A stretch of DNA of 35,452 nucleotides, taken from assembly GCA_025935435.1 (NCBI GenBank), contig JAICVH010000001.1, positions 1 to 35,452 of the forward strand, written 5' to 3'. The position numbers were made by a program, and so were the translations under genes. The notes beneath the pieces were generated by a model. The model saw only the letters and a list, made by a program, of their open reading frames with translations, made no database searches and had not been told where the DNA came from. Shown in pieces: positions 8,476 through 18,395 of the stretch (positions within the stretch are counted from its first letter, which is position 1; each line of letters begins with the position of its first letter). This stretch comes from Burkholderiales bacterium (GTDB lineage Bacteria > Pseudomonadota > Gammaproteobacteria > Burkholderiales > Casimicrobiaceae).

Positions 8476-9531
8476 CTAAGCGACGCGGTTGAACCAGACC
8501 AGTGACAGCGTCAGCGCGATCAGCACCAGCACGGCGGCCGCCGCAGCGAACAGCGACGTGATCTCGATGCTTTGGCGTTCGAGAACGAGTCTGGAATTGA
8601 GGCTCTGATAGACCTTCGTCAGGTCGGCCGCGGTGCCCGCATAGAAATACTCGCCGCGCGTGATGTCCGCGACCGCCTTCAGCGTCTCCTCGTCGAGTCG
8701 CACGTACGCAGACCAGCCTTCGAAGCCGATCATTGCGCCGGCCGCGGTGCCGAAGCCGACGGTGAACACACGCAGCCCGCGATCGGCCGCCATGCGCGCG
8801 GCGTCGAGCGGATCGGGTCCGGTCGTACGGCGGCCGTCACTCATCAGGATCACCACGGCGTTGTTGTACGAGCCAGGCGGAACCGGTGCCACCTTCGGCG
8901 GCTCGGGTTTGCTCGGGTCGAGTTTGCGGCCGCGCTCCGGTGAGCCGCGCCAGTAGCCGCCGGGAACCGAAAGCGACGCGACATCGATCCCCGCATCAGG
9001 AAACAGCGTGCCGAGCGCGACGTAAAGCGCGCTGCCCGTCGCAGTTCCGCGCTGCAGCTGAAACCCGTCGATCGCCGCGAGCAGCGCTTCCTTGTCGCGG
9101 GTCGGCGGTTGCACGAGCGACGCCGATGCGCCGAAGGCGACGATGCCGATGCGCGCATTGGCCGGATGCTCCTCGATGAACGACTTCGCGGCGATCTGCG
9201 CCGCCGTCAGCCGATTGGGCTCGACGTCGGTCGCGCCCATGCTGAGCGACACGTCGATCGCCAGCATGATCGTCTGTTGCTGCGACGGCAGCGTGACCAT
9301 GGCGGTGGGCCGCGCGATGGCGACCAGCATCGTGACGAGTGACAGCAGCAACACGAGCGGCGGAACGTGTCGGCGGATTCGTTCGCCGGGGCCGAGGGCA
9401 TCCTTCAGGAGCGCAAGGCTCGGATAACGAATCGCGCCCTTCTTCTTGCGCCGCAGCCACCAGACGTAGGCCGCGACCAGCGCCGGAACGGCGAGCAGCC
9501 ACAACAGCATCGTCGGCCACAAGAATTTCAT
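8476..9531 (-). CDS. Membrane-anchored vWA domain protein (BatA-like, normally a MoxR partner)
   Basis: 351 aa; N-terminal BatA-like hydrophobic segment, ARP motif, MIDAS DVSLSM, GTATGSA, LMSDG, C-terminal TM helix. Confidence 0.88.
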   Translation of the reverse strand: MKFLWPTMLLWLLAVPALVAAYVWWLRRKKKGAIRYPSLALLKDALGPGERIRRHVPPLVLLLSLVTMLVAIARPTAMVTLPSQQQTIMLAIDVSLSMGATDVEPNRLTAAQIAAKSFIEEHPANARIGIVAFGASASLVQPPTRDKEALLAAIDGFQLQRGTATGSALYVALGTLFPDAGIDVASLSVPGGYWRGSPERGRKLDPSKPEPPKVAPVPPGSYNNAVVILMSDGRRTTGPDPLDAARMAADRGLRVFTVGFGTAAGAMIGFEGWSAYVRLDEETLKAVADITRGEYFYAGTAADLTKVYQSLNSRLVLERQSIEITSLFAAAAAVLVLIALTLSLVWFNRVA

Positions 9532-10400
9532 GGGGATCCTCGAGGCTGCGCGTCCTGCAATTCGGCCGCGCGCAGCGTGTTTGCAAGCAGCGTCGCAATG
9601 GTCATCGGTCCGACACCGCCGGGCACCGGCGTGATCCAGCCTGCGCGCTCGCGGGCGGATGCGAAATCGACATCACCGGAGAGGCTTCCGTCGGCGTTGC
9701 GATTGATTCCCACGTCGATGACGATTGCGCCCTCTGCTATCCAGTCGCCCTGCACGAAATTCGCCTTGCCGACCGCCGCGACCACGATGTCGGCGCGCCG
9801 GACGATGCCGGGCAGGTCGCGCGTCGCCGAATGACAGATCGTCACTGTACAACGGGCCATCAGCAGTTCGAGCGCCATCGGCCGACCGACGATGTTCGAC
9901 TGGCCGATCACGACCGCATGCTTGCCCACGAGGTCCTCTCCCGTCTCGGCCAGCAGACGCATGCAGCCGTATGGCGTGCACGGGCGCAACGTCGGCAGCT
10001 TCAGCACCAGGCGTCCGACGTTGTACGGGTGGAAACCATCGACGTCCTTGCGCCAGTCGATCCCCTCGATGACGCGCTCGGATCGGATCTGCTTGGGCAG
10101 CGGCAATTGCACGAGAATTCCGTGCACGGACGCGTCACCGTTAAGGCGATCGATCGTACGCAGCAGCGCCTCCTCGGTCGCATCGGCGGCAAGATCGACG
10201 GCGAACGAGCGCATGCCTGCCGCCTCGGTCATCCGCCGCTTGTTCCGTACATAGATTTGCGACGCCGCGTGCTCGCCGACCAGCACGACGGCGAGCCCCG
10301 GTGCAGCCTTGCCCGCGGCACACCGGGCATCGACGGCGCGGCGGACCTCAATGGTCAGCCGTTCGGAGATGGCCTTGCCATCGAGGATGCGTGCGGTCAT
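9528..10400 (-). CDS. folD: Bifunctional methylenetetrahydrofolate dehydrogenase/cyclohydrolase
   Basis: YVRNK, GILVQLPLP, KDVDGFHP, PCTPYG, SNIVGRP, DVGIN, TPVPGGVGPMT. Confidence 0.97.
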   Translation of the reverse strand: MTARILDGKAISERLTIEVRRAVDARCAAGKAAPGLAVVLVGEHAASQIYVRNKRRMTEAAGMRSFAVDLAADATEEALLRTIDRLNGDASVHGILVQLPLPKQIRSERVIEGIDWRKDVDGFHPYNVGRLVLKLPTLRPCTPYGCMRLLAETGEDLVGKHAVVIGQSNIVGRPMALELLMARCTVTICHSATRDLPGIVRRADIVVAAVGKANFVQGDWIAEGAIVIDVGINRNADGSLSGDVDFASARERAGWITPVPGGVGPMTIATLLANTLRAAELQDAQPRGSP

Positions 10401-10428
10401 GCCAGAAGGTCGGCGCCGCGGGCCCGTC

Positions 10429-10434
10429 TAGAAT
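10429..10434 (+). promoter_or_regulatory. Putative -10 element (TAGAAT) 6 nt before the Nudix GTG start
   Basis: TAGAAT-gccgcg-GTG; no Shine-Dalgarno; no clear -35. Confidence 0.45.
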
Positions 10435-10440
10435 GCCGCG

Positions 10441-11277
10441 GTGATCGAGCCTGCAATTCTAGCGGCAATCCGCGCGCGACTCGATCGGGCGCAGGCGGTT
10501 GGCGACCTGCGCTACCGGCCGTTCGTCGTGGCGGGCGTCCCGGCCGGGTTGATCGACGACGCGCGCGCTGACCGCCTCGCGGGCTTCGGGCCGAATCTGT
10601 TCATTGTGCAAGCCGACGCGGTGATGCTCGCGGACCGGCTCGCCGATGAAAGCTCGCGGTCGAGCGCGCTTCGCGACGTCGCGCTGGCGCTGCGAGCGGA
10701 GGGTGCGCTTCCGGCGTGGCGCGACGAGATCTATGCGGTCGCGACCGAATTCGGCGCGCCGACGCTCGCCCGTCTCGAACGCGGCGCCGCGCGTTATTTC
10801 GGCATTCGCACGTGGGCCGCGCACGTGAACGGCGTCGTTGGGCGCGATGCTGCGCACATGTGGTTCGCACGCAGAAGTCCCGCCAAGGCCGTCGATCCGG
10901 GCCTGCTCGACAACCTGGTCGGCGGGGGCATCGCCGCCAACCTTTCAGTCGAGCAGACGGTCATCAAGGAAGCATGGGAAGAAGCGGGCATCGACGCAGC
11001 ACTCGCCCGCCGCGCACGCCCCACCGGCATCGTGCACGTCACGCGGCCGATGTTCGACGGCCTGCAGCGTGAAACGGTGTTCGTGCACGACCTCTCGCTG
11101 CCCGAAGCATTCGTGCCGCATAACCAGGATGGCGAAGCCGTCGAGCATCGCCTCGTTGGCCTCGCCGATGCAGCGCGTCTCGTGGCATACGAGGGCGGAC
11201 CCGACGAAGTCACGATCGACGCCAGCGCGGTCGTCCTCGACTACCTGCTTCGACACCGCTCTGTATCGAACGTGTAA
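10441..11277 (+). CDS. Nudix hydrolase with DUF4743-type N-terminus (YJR142W/Tnr3-like)
   Basis: WRDEIY, LERGAARYFGI, HVNG, RRSPAKAVDPGLLDNLVGGG, KEAWEEAGI (Nudix box), PHNQDGEA. Confidence 0.85.
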   Translation: MIEPAILAAIRARLDRAQAVGDLRYRPFVVAGVPAGLIDDARADRLAGFGPNLFIVQADAVMLADRLADESSRSSALRDVALALRAEGALPAWRDEIYAVATEFGAPTLARLERGAARYFGIRTWAAHVNGVVGRDAAHMWFARRSPAKAVDPGLLDNLVGGGIAANLSVEQTVIKEAWEEAGIDAALARRARPTGIVHVTRPMFDGLQRETVFVHDLSLPEAFVPHNQDGEAVEHRLVGLADAARLVAYEGGPDEVTIDASAVVLDYLLRHRSVSNV

Positions 11278-11428
11278 TCGCGGTACGAGCGTGGGGCGCA
11301 GCGGCGGTCGTTGCCGTTGCCTCACAGGCAAGGCGACTTGACCCAGCGTCATGTGCCGGAACAGAATCGCCCGGTTGCCAAGATGCGTGCCGGCTTGGAC
11401 CAGGCACGCCAACGAACGGAGGAAACCG

Positions 11429-12370
11429 ATGAATCACCCGATCAGAGCGATCACGCTGTTTGCATGCGCGACGCTGGCGTTGCCCGCGCTGGCGCAGCAG
11501 GTCACGTTCATGACCGGACCCCAGGGCGGATCCTGGATTCCGCTCGGCGGCGCGCTGAAGAGCATGTGGGAGAAGGACGTGCCTGGGCTTTCGATCCAGC
11601 AGACCCCCGGCGCGGGGATTGCCAATGTGCGCGGCGTCGACGAAGGCAAGGCGCAGATCGGCTTTGCGAATTCGGCAACGACCGTCGACGGCGTCGAAGG
11701 TCGGCCGCCGTATCCGAAAAAAACGACGAAGGTGTGCCAGGTCGCCAATCTCTATCCGCAATACTTCCAGGTCGTCGCGCTGAAGGATGCGAACGTCAAG
11801 TCGTTTGCCGACTGGAAGGGCAAATCGCTCGTCACGCAGCCGAAGGGCAATACCGCGGAAATCCTCACGGCGGACGTGCTGAAGATCAACGGAATGACGT
11901 ATCAGTCGCTCGGCAAGGTGAACTTCCAGGCGGCCTACACCGACGCCGTGTCGATGATGAAAGACGGACATGCACAGGTGTTCACGCTCGGGACTACGTC
12001 GCCGGCGTCAGCGGTCATGGACCTCGCCAGCGCGCGTGACATCGATATCGTGCCGGTCGACGACAAGACGATGAGCGAGCTGAACAAGATGAACCCCGGC
12101 TATCACAAGCTCATCATCAAGGCGGGTACGTATCCGAAGCAGGACAAGGATATTCCTGCGATCGGCTACACGACGCACGTGATCGCCGCATGCGACCTGC
12201 CCGAAGACACGGTATACAAGATGACCAAGGCGATGGCGACGCACATCGCCGACATGGCGGCTGTCGTCAAGCCGATCACTGGCCTCACTGTCAAGGACAT
12301 GGCGGTCGACATCGGCGTGCCGATGCACAAGGGCGCCGCCAAGTACTACAAGGAAGTCGGCGCAATGTAA
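11429..12370 (+). CDS. TAXI-family TRAP transporter solute-binding protein
   Basis: ATG 11429 after GGAGG; signal peptide ending ALA; TGPQGGSW, GAGIANV, NLYPQYFQVV, IKAGTY, PMHKGA. Confidence 0.88.
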   Translation: MNHPIRAITLFACATLALPALAQQVTFMTGPQGGSWIPLGGALKSMWEKDVPGLSIQQTPGAGIANVRGVDEGKAQIGFANSATTVDGVEGRPPYPKKTTKVCQVANLYPQYFQVVALKDANVKSFADWKGKSLVTQPKGNTAEILTADVLKINGMTYQSLGKVNFQAAYTDAVSMMKDGHAQVFTLGTTSPASAVMDLASARDIDIVPVDDKTMSELNKMNPGYHKLIIKAGTYPKQDKDIPAIGYTTHVIAACDLPEDTVYKMTKAMATHIADMAAVVKPITGLTVKDMAVDIGVPMHKGAAKYYKEVGAM

Positions 12371-12374
12371 GGGC

Positions 12375-12394
12375 GGTCCGGCGGCCGCCGGACC
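12375..12394 (+). other. GC-rich hairpin between the binding-protein and permease genes
   Basis: Perfect 20-nt palindrome ggtccggcggccgccggacc just after the stop at 12370; no U-tract, so more likely an mRNA-stabilising stem than a terminator. Confidence 0.55.
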
Positions 12395-12407
12395 AGCGCC
12401 TCTTCCC

Positions 12408-14291
12408 TTGGAAGCTCCGGTAGCTACTCCGCAGGTCGCCATCGTCTCCGAGGAGGCGCTGGCGACGACGCCGACCAGCATCGCGGTGCGTGGCCTCGTG
12501 CAGGCCATCGCGGTGGCGATGTCGCTGTACCACATGTACGTCGCCGCCTTCGGGCCGCCCGAGGCGATCATCTTTCGCGGCACGCATCTGCTGTTCGCGC
12601 TGACGCTCGTCTTCCTGCTCTACCCGACGCGACCGGGACGCCCGGCCTGGCGAACGCTCGACTTCGCGCTGCTCGCGCTGGGCTTCGGCTTCGTGCTGCA
12701 CATCTTCGCGAACTACGACTACTTCATCAACCGCATCATCTACATCGATGACCTGACGAACTGGGACCGCTTCTATGCGCTCGTCGCCGTCGCGATCGTG
12801 CTCGAAGGCACGCGGCGCGTCATCGGGCTCGCACTGCCGCTGACGTCGATCGGGTTTCTCGTGTACGCGGTCGCGTTCACCAACGTCAAGCCCGACGTGC
12901 TGCTCGAACAACTCTACCTGTCGAGCGAAGGCATCTTCGGCTCGACGCTCGGCGTCTCCGCGAGCTACGTAATGCTCTTCGTGCTGTTCGGCGCATTCAT
13001 GGAACGAAGCGGCACCGGGCAATTGTTCATGGACTTTGCGATGTCGCTGACCGGCCACACGGCGGGTGGACCAGGCAAGGTTTCCGTCGTGTCGTCAAGC
13101 CTGTTCGGCACCGTTTCGGGCAGCGCGGTTGCGAACGTCATGGTCGACGGGCCGATCACGATTCCGCTGATGAAGCGCACCGGCTTTCGGCCGCCCTTCG
13201 CCGCAGCGATCGAAGCGGTCGCATCGACCGGCGGGCAGATCATGCCGCCGGTGATGGGCGCTGCGGCGTTCGTGATGGCCGAATTTCTCGCCGTTCCGTA
13301 CCTGCAGGTCGCGCTGTGGGCGACGATCCCGGCGGTGCTCTATTACGTCGCCGTCTTCTTCGCCGTCCATTTCGAGGCGAAGCGCCACGGACTCGCGGGC
13401 GTCCCGCGCAGCGAATTGCCGCGGCTCGGTCGCGTCATGATCGTGCGCGGGCACCTGTTCATTCCCGTGCTCATCGTCCTGTTCGGTCTGGTGCTCGGCT
13501 ATTCGGCACCACTGTGCGCGTTGGCAGGCGCCCTCGTCTGCATCCCGGTCGCGTTGATGCGGGCGACGACGCGCGCGGGTATACAGTGGCGCAGCGTGTA
13601 TGACGCGCTGGTGGATGGCGCGCGCAACACGCTCGGCGTCGCGATGGCGTGCGCATGCGCGGGCGTCGTCATCGGCGTCGTGACGATCACCGGACTCGGC
13701 ATCGTCTTCACGCAATTCGTCGTCGCGCTCGCGCAGAACTCGCTGATCCTCGCGCTCGTGCTGACGGCGATCGCCGGAATCATCCTCGGCATGGGAATGC
13801 CGACGACGCCGTCGTACATCGTGATGGTGTCGCTGCTCGTACCCGCCGTGATCAAGCTCGGCGCGGTGACTCCCGCCGCGCACATGTTCGCGTTCTATTT
13901 CGCGATTCTGTCCGCGATCACGCCGCCAGTTGCGCTCGCGGTGTTCGCGGCGGCGGGTCTTGCGCACACCGACTTGTGGACGTCGGGGTGGGAGGCGGTA
14001 CGCATCGCCGCACCGTCCTATCTGGTGCCGTTCATGTTCGTCTACGAGCCGTCGCTCTTGATGATGGGCGACGTAACGACGATCGTCACGTCGTCGATCA
14101 CGGCGATCATCGGCGTCATTTGTTGCGCGGCCGGCTTGATGGGGTATCTCAAGCGCGAATGCGCGTGGTGGGAACGCGCGTTGCTGCTCGCTGCGGCGGC
14201 GCTACTGATCAAGCCCGGCTACATCACCGACGTCCTCGGGCTTGGGTTGCTCGCGCTCGTGCTCGTCGTGCAGTTTCGAGCCCCGAAATAG
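12408..14291 (+). CDS. TRAP transporter fused 4TM/12TM permease (TAXI-associated)
   Basis: 627 aa, highly hydrophobic; EGIFG, GGPGKVSV, GTVSGSAVANV, ASTGGQIMPPVMGA, LGMGMPTT, ITPPVALA. TTG start uncertain. Confidence 0.9.
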   Translation: MEAPVATPQVAIVSEEALATTPTSIAVRGLVQAIAVAMSLYHMYVAAFGPPEAIIFRGTHLLFALTLVFLLYPTRPGRPAWRTLDFALLALGFGFVLHIFANYDYFINRIIYIDDLTNWDRFYALVAVAIVLEGTRRVIGLALPLTSIGFLVYAVAFTNVKPDVLLEQLYLSSEGIFGSTLGVSASYVMLFVLFGAFMERSGTGQLFMDFAMSLTGHTAGGPGKVSVVSSSLFGTVSGSAVANVMVDGPITIPLMKRTGFRPPFAAAIEAVASTGGQIMPPVMGAAAFVMAEFLAVPYLQVALWATIPAVLYYVAVFFAVHFEAKRHGLAGVPRSELPRLGRVMIVRGHLFIPVLIVLFGLVLGYSAPLCALAGALVCIPVALMRATTRAGIQWRSVYDALVDGARNTLGVAMACACAGVVIGVVTITGLGIVFTQFVVALAQNSLILALVLTAIAGIILGMGMPTTPSYIVMVSLLVPAVIKLGAVTPAAHMFAFYFAILSAITPPVALAVFAAAGLAHTDLWTSGWEAVRIAAPSYLVPFMFVYEPSLLMMGDVTTIVTSSITAIIGVICCAAGLMGYLKRECAWWERALLLAAAALLIKPGYITDVLGLGLLALVLVVQFRAPK

Positions 14292-14375
14292 CGCCGCCAG
14301 GGTCGACCTTCTGCGGTAACGCTTGATGCGACCGCAGGGCGACCGCGTGGCGTCCGACTTAGGCGCGCGTCCGAG

Positions 14376-15521
14376 TTAGGCGACCGCGCGCTGCGCGGCG
14401 ATGGGTGCGACGCGTTCGATTCGCAGTTCTGCCAGCGTGTCGCGAATCGCGTTGACGGCGTGGCGCATCTCGTCGGGGCCGATAGCGCCAATGCAACCGA
14501 CGCGAAACGTTTCCACCTGCGTCAGCTTGCCGGGATAGAGAACGAAGCCCTTGTCCCGGACGCTGTCGTAGAACGCCCGAAACGTGTAACGCGGATCAGC
14601 GGGTGCGTGGAAGGTGACGATGATCGGCGCCTGGATCGCCGGATTCAGGAACGGCCGAAAGCCCAGTTCCGCCATGCCGCGCACCAGCGTCTCGTAATTG
14701 CGCGTATAGCGAGCGAGTCGCGCCGGCTGCCCGCCTTCGGTTGCGAAGGCGTCGAGCGCTGCGGCGAGCGCGACGAGCACGTGCGTGGGCGGCGTGTAGC
14801 GCCATTGCGTCGTCTTTTCCATGTACTGCCATTGATCATGCAGATCGAGCGACAGCGACGTGCTGTTGCCGGCGCAGCGCTCGAGCACCGCCTTGCGCGC
14901 GATGACGAAGCCCATGCCGGGCGGGCCTTCGACGCATTTCCCGGACGCCGCGACCAGCGCATCGAACGGCATCGTTTGCGCGTCGATCGGAATGGCGCCG
15001 AACGAACTCATCGCGTCGACGATCAGGCTTTTGCCGTGCCGCGCGACGGTGTCGGCGATTTCGCGCAGCGGGTTCAGGATCCCCGTCGAGGTTTCGCAGT
15101 GCACGAGTCCGACGTGCGTGATCGAGGCGTCCGCCACGAGCAGGCGCTCGACGTCGGCTGCCGTCGTCTGCACGTCCTCGGCCGTCTCGAACACCGAAGC
15201 GCGCCGCCCCATCATCTGCGTCAGCTTCGCGAACCGCTTGCCGTATGCGCCGTTGATCAGCACGAGCATGTGACCGTCGCGCGGCACGAGCGTGTTGACC
15301 GCCGCCTCGACCGAGAACGTGCCGCTGCCCTGCATCGGCACGCAAACGTGCGAATGCTCGGCAGCGACGATCGCCAGCAGCCGCTCGCGCACGACGGCGG
15401 TGATTGCGTTGAAGTTCGAATCCCACGATCCCCAGTCGCGCAGCATGGCCATCCGCGTCGGCAGCGCGGTAGTCAGCGGCCCCGGGGTCAACAGGATCGG
15501 ATCGCGGCTGAAATTGCTCAT
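14376..15521 (-). CDS. phnW: 2-aminoethylphosphonate-pyruvate transaminase
   Basis: Start [18 protein letters not shown] (ATG 15521, AAGGA upstream); DWGSWD, QGSGTF, HCETSTG, DAMSSFG, SGKCVEG (PLP Lys), [20 protein letters not shown]. Confidence 0.95.
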   Translation of the reverse strand: MSNFSRDPILLTPGPLTTALPTRMAMLRDWGSWDSNFNAITAVVRERLLAIVAAEHSHVCVPMQGSGTFSVEAAVNTLVPRDGHMLVLINGAYGKRFAKLTQMMGRRASVFETAEDVQTTAADVERLLVADASITHVGLVHCETSTGILNPLREIADTVARHGKSLIVDAMSSFGAIPIDAQTMPFDALVAASGKCVEGPPGMGFVIARKAVLERCAGNSTSLSLDLHDQWQYMEKTTQWRYTPPTHVLVALAAALDAFATEGGQPARLARYTRNYETLVRGMAELGFRPFLNPAIQAPIIVTFHAPADPRYTFRAFYDSVRDKGFVLYPGKLTQVETFRVGCIGAIGPDEMRHAVNAIRDTLAELRIERVAPIAAQRAVA

Positions 15522-15540
15522 GGCTCGTTCCTTGGAAGAT

Positions 15541-17256
15541 TCACATCGGCGCACGCCACGCCTGCGTGCGTCGCAGCAGCACCCGCGTCAGCAGCGCATA
15601 GACGATGCACACGACGGTCGATGTCGCAACGATCAGCGTTGCCATCGCCGCGGCGGCGCCGATCTCACCGGACTCGTCCAGGCTCACGATCGCAATCGAT
15701 GCGAGTTTCGTGTCGGGCGAGTACAGGAAGATGACGGCCGACAGCGTCACCATCGCGTTGATGAACAGGTACCGGGCGATATCGAGCACGGCCGGAAGGC
15801 ATACCGGCAGCGTCACGCGCGCGAACGTCTTGTAGAACGGCACCTTGAGCGACGCCGAAACCGCCTCGAACTCGTTGTCGAGCGCCTTCAGCGCCGTCAC
15901 CGCCGTCAGGTGGCTCGACGTGTAGTAGTGGATGATCGTCGAGAGCACCAGGATCGCCATCGTGCCGTAGAGAAAGTTGAATGGGTTGCGCGGCTCGTTG
16001 AAAAAGAAGATGTAGCCGAGACCCAGCACCATGCCCGGCACGGCCATCGGGATCGAAGCCAGCAGGCGGATCGCGCCCCTCGTCGCGTTCATGCCGCGCG
16101 TTTTCTCGATCAGGTAGGCGGTCAGGAACACGAGCAGCGTACCGAACAGCGCGGTCAGGAATCCCAGCTTCACGCTATTGAAATAGCTGTCGATGACGCC
16201 GCCGTCGACGAGCCCGTAGACGTAATGACGCAGGCTGAACGACAGGTCGTACGGCCAGAGCTTGATGAACGACGTGTAGATCGCCATCCCGAGCACCGCG
16301 AGCATCAGCACACTGATGATCGAGCAGTAGATGAACATCGCGGTGTCGAAGCCGCGCGACGGACGCGCGGCGTACGCAACCGCGCGCGACGAGAAGTGCG
16401 ACTGCTGGCTGCGCTGCATGAACGCGTCGACGGTGAACGCGAACACGACCGGCAGCAACAGGATCAGCCCGACGACGGCGCCGCGGTTGAAATTCTGCTG
16501 ACCGATCACCTGTTGATAGATGTCGATCGCAAGCACGTGGAAATTGCCGCCGATCACTTTCGGAATGCCGAAGTCGCTCACCGTGTACGAGAAAACGACC
16601 ATGGCGGCGCTCACGATGCCGTAACGCGCCGACGGCAGCGTGATCGTGAAGAACTTGCGCCACGCCGAGGTGCCGAGCGACTCTGCGGCTTCGAACAGAC
16701 GCCGATCGGCGAGCAGCATCGCCGTGAGGACGATCATCAGCGCGTGGGGAAAGATCGCGTAAGTGGCGCTGATGATGATGCCGATCGGCCCGTAAACCGA
16801 CTGGCCCAGCAGCAGGCCCTTCAACGCACCCTGGTTGCCGAACCACTGGATGAAGGAGATCGCGGCGAGCATCGACGGCGCGAGGATTGGCGTGAGCGCG
16901 ATCAGCCGGAACACGTTGCGACCAGGCATGCAGCTTCGCGTAAGCGCGTAGGCGAAGGTGAACGCGAGCGGCACCGTGATCAGCGTCACCACCGTCGCCA
17001 CCCACAGCGTGTTCCACGCCGACTGCAGCAGCGCGGGCGATTGCAGGTAGGCGCGGAAATGCGCGAGTCCGACGAACGTGCCGTCCTTGTCCTGCACGCT
17101 CTTGACGAGAATCGCCGCGAGCGGCGCGAGCAGGAGCAGCAACAGCGTTGCGCATGCCAGCAGCAGCAGGCCTTGCGCGAGGCGCTGCTGCGGATCGGCA
17201 ATCGGCCGCAGGCGCTCGTCGGGCGGCGCGGGGAACGTCGGAGCGACCGCAGCCAT
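15541..17256 (-). CDS. phnU: AEP ABC transporter permease (fused two-domain)
   Basis: Two EAA loops ([16 protein letters not shown]), [10 protein letters not shown]; lies between the ATPase gene and phnW. Start may be TTG 17277. Confidence 0.85.
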   Translation of the reverse strand: MAAVAPTFPAPPDERLRPIADPQQRLAQGLLLLACATLLLLLLAPLAAILVKSVQDKDGTFVGLAHFRAYLQSPALLQSAWNTLWVATVVTLITVPLAFTFAYALTRSCMPGRNVFRLIALTPILAPSMLAAISFIQWFGNQGALKGLLLGQSVYGPIGIIISATYAIFPHALMIVLTAMLLADRRLFEAAESLGTSAWRKFFTITLPSARYGIVSAAMVVFSYTVSDFGIPKVIGGNFHVLAIDIYQQVIGQQNFNRGAVVGLILLLPVVFAFTVDAFMQRSQQSHFSSRAVAYAARPSRGFDTAMFIYCSIISVLMLAVLGMAIYTSFIKLWPYDLSFSLRHYVYGLVDGGVIDSYFNSVKLGFLTALFGTLLVFLTAYLIEKTRGMNATRGAIRLLASIPMAVPGMVLGLGYIFFFNEPRNPFNFLYGTMAILVLSTIIHYYTSSHLTAVTALKALDNEFEAVSASLKVPFYKTFARVTLPVCLPAVLDIARYLFINAMVTLSAVIFLYSPDTKLASIAIVSLDESGEIGAAAAMATLIVATSTVVCIVYALLTRVLLRRTQAWRAPM

Positions 17257-17299
17257 CGTCAGCGTGGCATCGCGCAAGCACTGCGGATGCGTGAAGCGC

Positions 17300-18370
17300 C
17301 TACAGCACGCGCATGCATTCGCACGGCAGCCCGATCGTCAGTGGCGCCCCGATTTCGAGCGACATGCGATCGAGGCTGTGTCGCGACAGATTGACGAGCA
17401 GCGGTTGCGTCGGCGCACCGGCAAGCGTGACGGTGACAAGGCAGAACGCGCCCAGGAACTCGATCTTCTGAACGGACGCCGGCGCCGCATTCGGGTGCTC
17501 CCTCGCGCTGCCGTTGATCATGACGTCTTCGGGGCGCAGGTACAGCTTGACCGGCGTGCCGGGTGCGAGCTTTTCGCTGCCGAGCGCACCATCCAGCACG
17601 AGATCGCCGACGCGCACGCGGCCGTCACCCTGAGCGACCGCGGTGATGACGTTGACCTTGCCGACGAAATCAGCCACGAAAGCCGTCGCCGGCTCGCGAT
17701 AGATCTGCTGCGGCGTGCCGACCTGCTCGATGCGACCGCGACTCATGACGACGATGTGGTCGGCCATCGACAGCGCCTCTTCCTGATCGTGCGTGACCAT
17801 GATCGTCGTAACGCCGAGACGTTGCTGCAGCGCGCGGATCTCTCCACGCAGGCGCAGTCGTTCGAGCGCGTCAAGCGCCGACAGCGGCTCGTCCAGCAGC
17901 AGCAGGCCGGGCGCGGTCGCGAGCGCGCGTGCAAGCGCGATGCGCTGCTGCTGGCCGCCCGACAACTGGCCGGGATAATGGCCGCCGACATCGGGTAGAC
18001 CAACCAGTTTCAGCAATTCGGCGACGCGCGACTTGATCGCTTCGCGCGCTGCCCGCCGATTGACGAGTCCGTACGCGACGTTATCGAAGATCGTGAGGTT
18101 CGGAAACAGCGCATACGACTGGAACACGATGCCGTAGTCGCGGCGGATCGCAGGCAGCCGCGAGATATCGCGGCTGCCCTGCACGATCGAGCCTTCGTCC
18201 TGCGTCTCGAGTCCTGCGATGATCCGTAGCAGCGTCGTCTTGCCGCAGCCCGACGGTCCGAGAAACGTCACCAGACTGCCGCGCGGGACGTCGAGCGAAA
18301 CACGATCGAGCGCGGTGAAACGCCCGAAGCGTTTGGTGATGCCGGTCAGCGAGAGGTAGGAGTCGGGCAT
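17300..18370 (-). CDS. phnT: AEP ABC transporter ATP-binding protein
   Basis: Walker A GPSGCGKT, FQSYALFP, LSGGQQQR, LLLDEP, VTHD, C-terminal TOBE-like region; ATG 18370. Confidence 0.9.
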   Translation of the reverse strand: MPDSYLSLTGITKRFGRFTALDRVSLDVPRGSLVTFLGPSGCGKTTLLRIIAGLETQDEGSIVQGSRDISRLPAIRRDYGIVFQSYALFPNLTIFDNVAYGLVNRRAAREAIKSRVAELLKLVGLPDVGGHYPGQLSGGQQQRIALARALATAPGLLLLDEPLSALDALERLRLRGEIRALQQRLGVTTIMVTHDQEEALSMADHIVVMSRGRIEQVGTPQQIYREPATAFVADFVGKVNVITAVAQGDGRVRVGDLVLDGALGSEKLAPGTPVKLYLRPEDVMINGSAREHPNAAPASVQKIEFLGAFCLVTVTLAGAPTQPLLVNLSRHSLDRMSLEIGAPLTIGLPCECMRVL

Positions 18371-18395
18371 GAACCTCGATCCTCGATCCTCGCAG

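Noticed and set aside
15292-17394. 700-aa plus-strand ORF
   Set aside because: Antisense shadow of the ABC permease; Arg/His-rich with no motifs, expected at this GC content.
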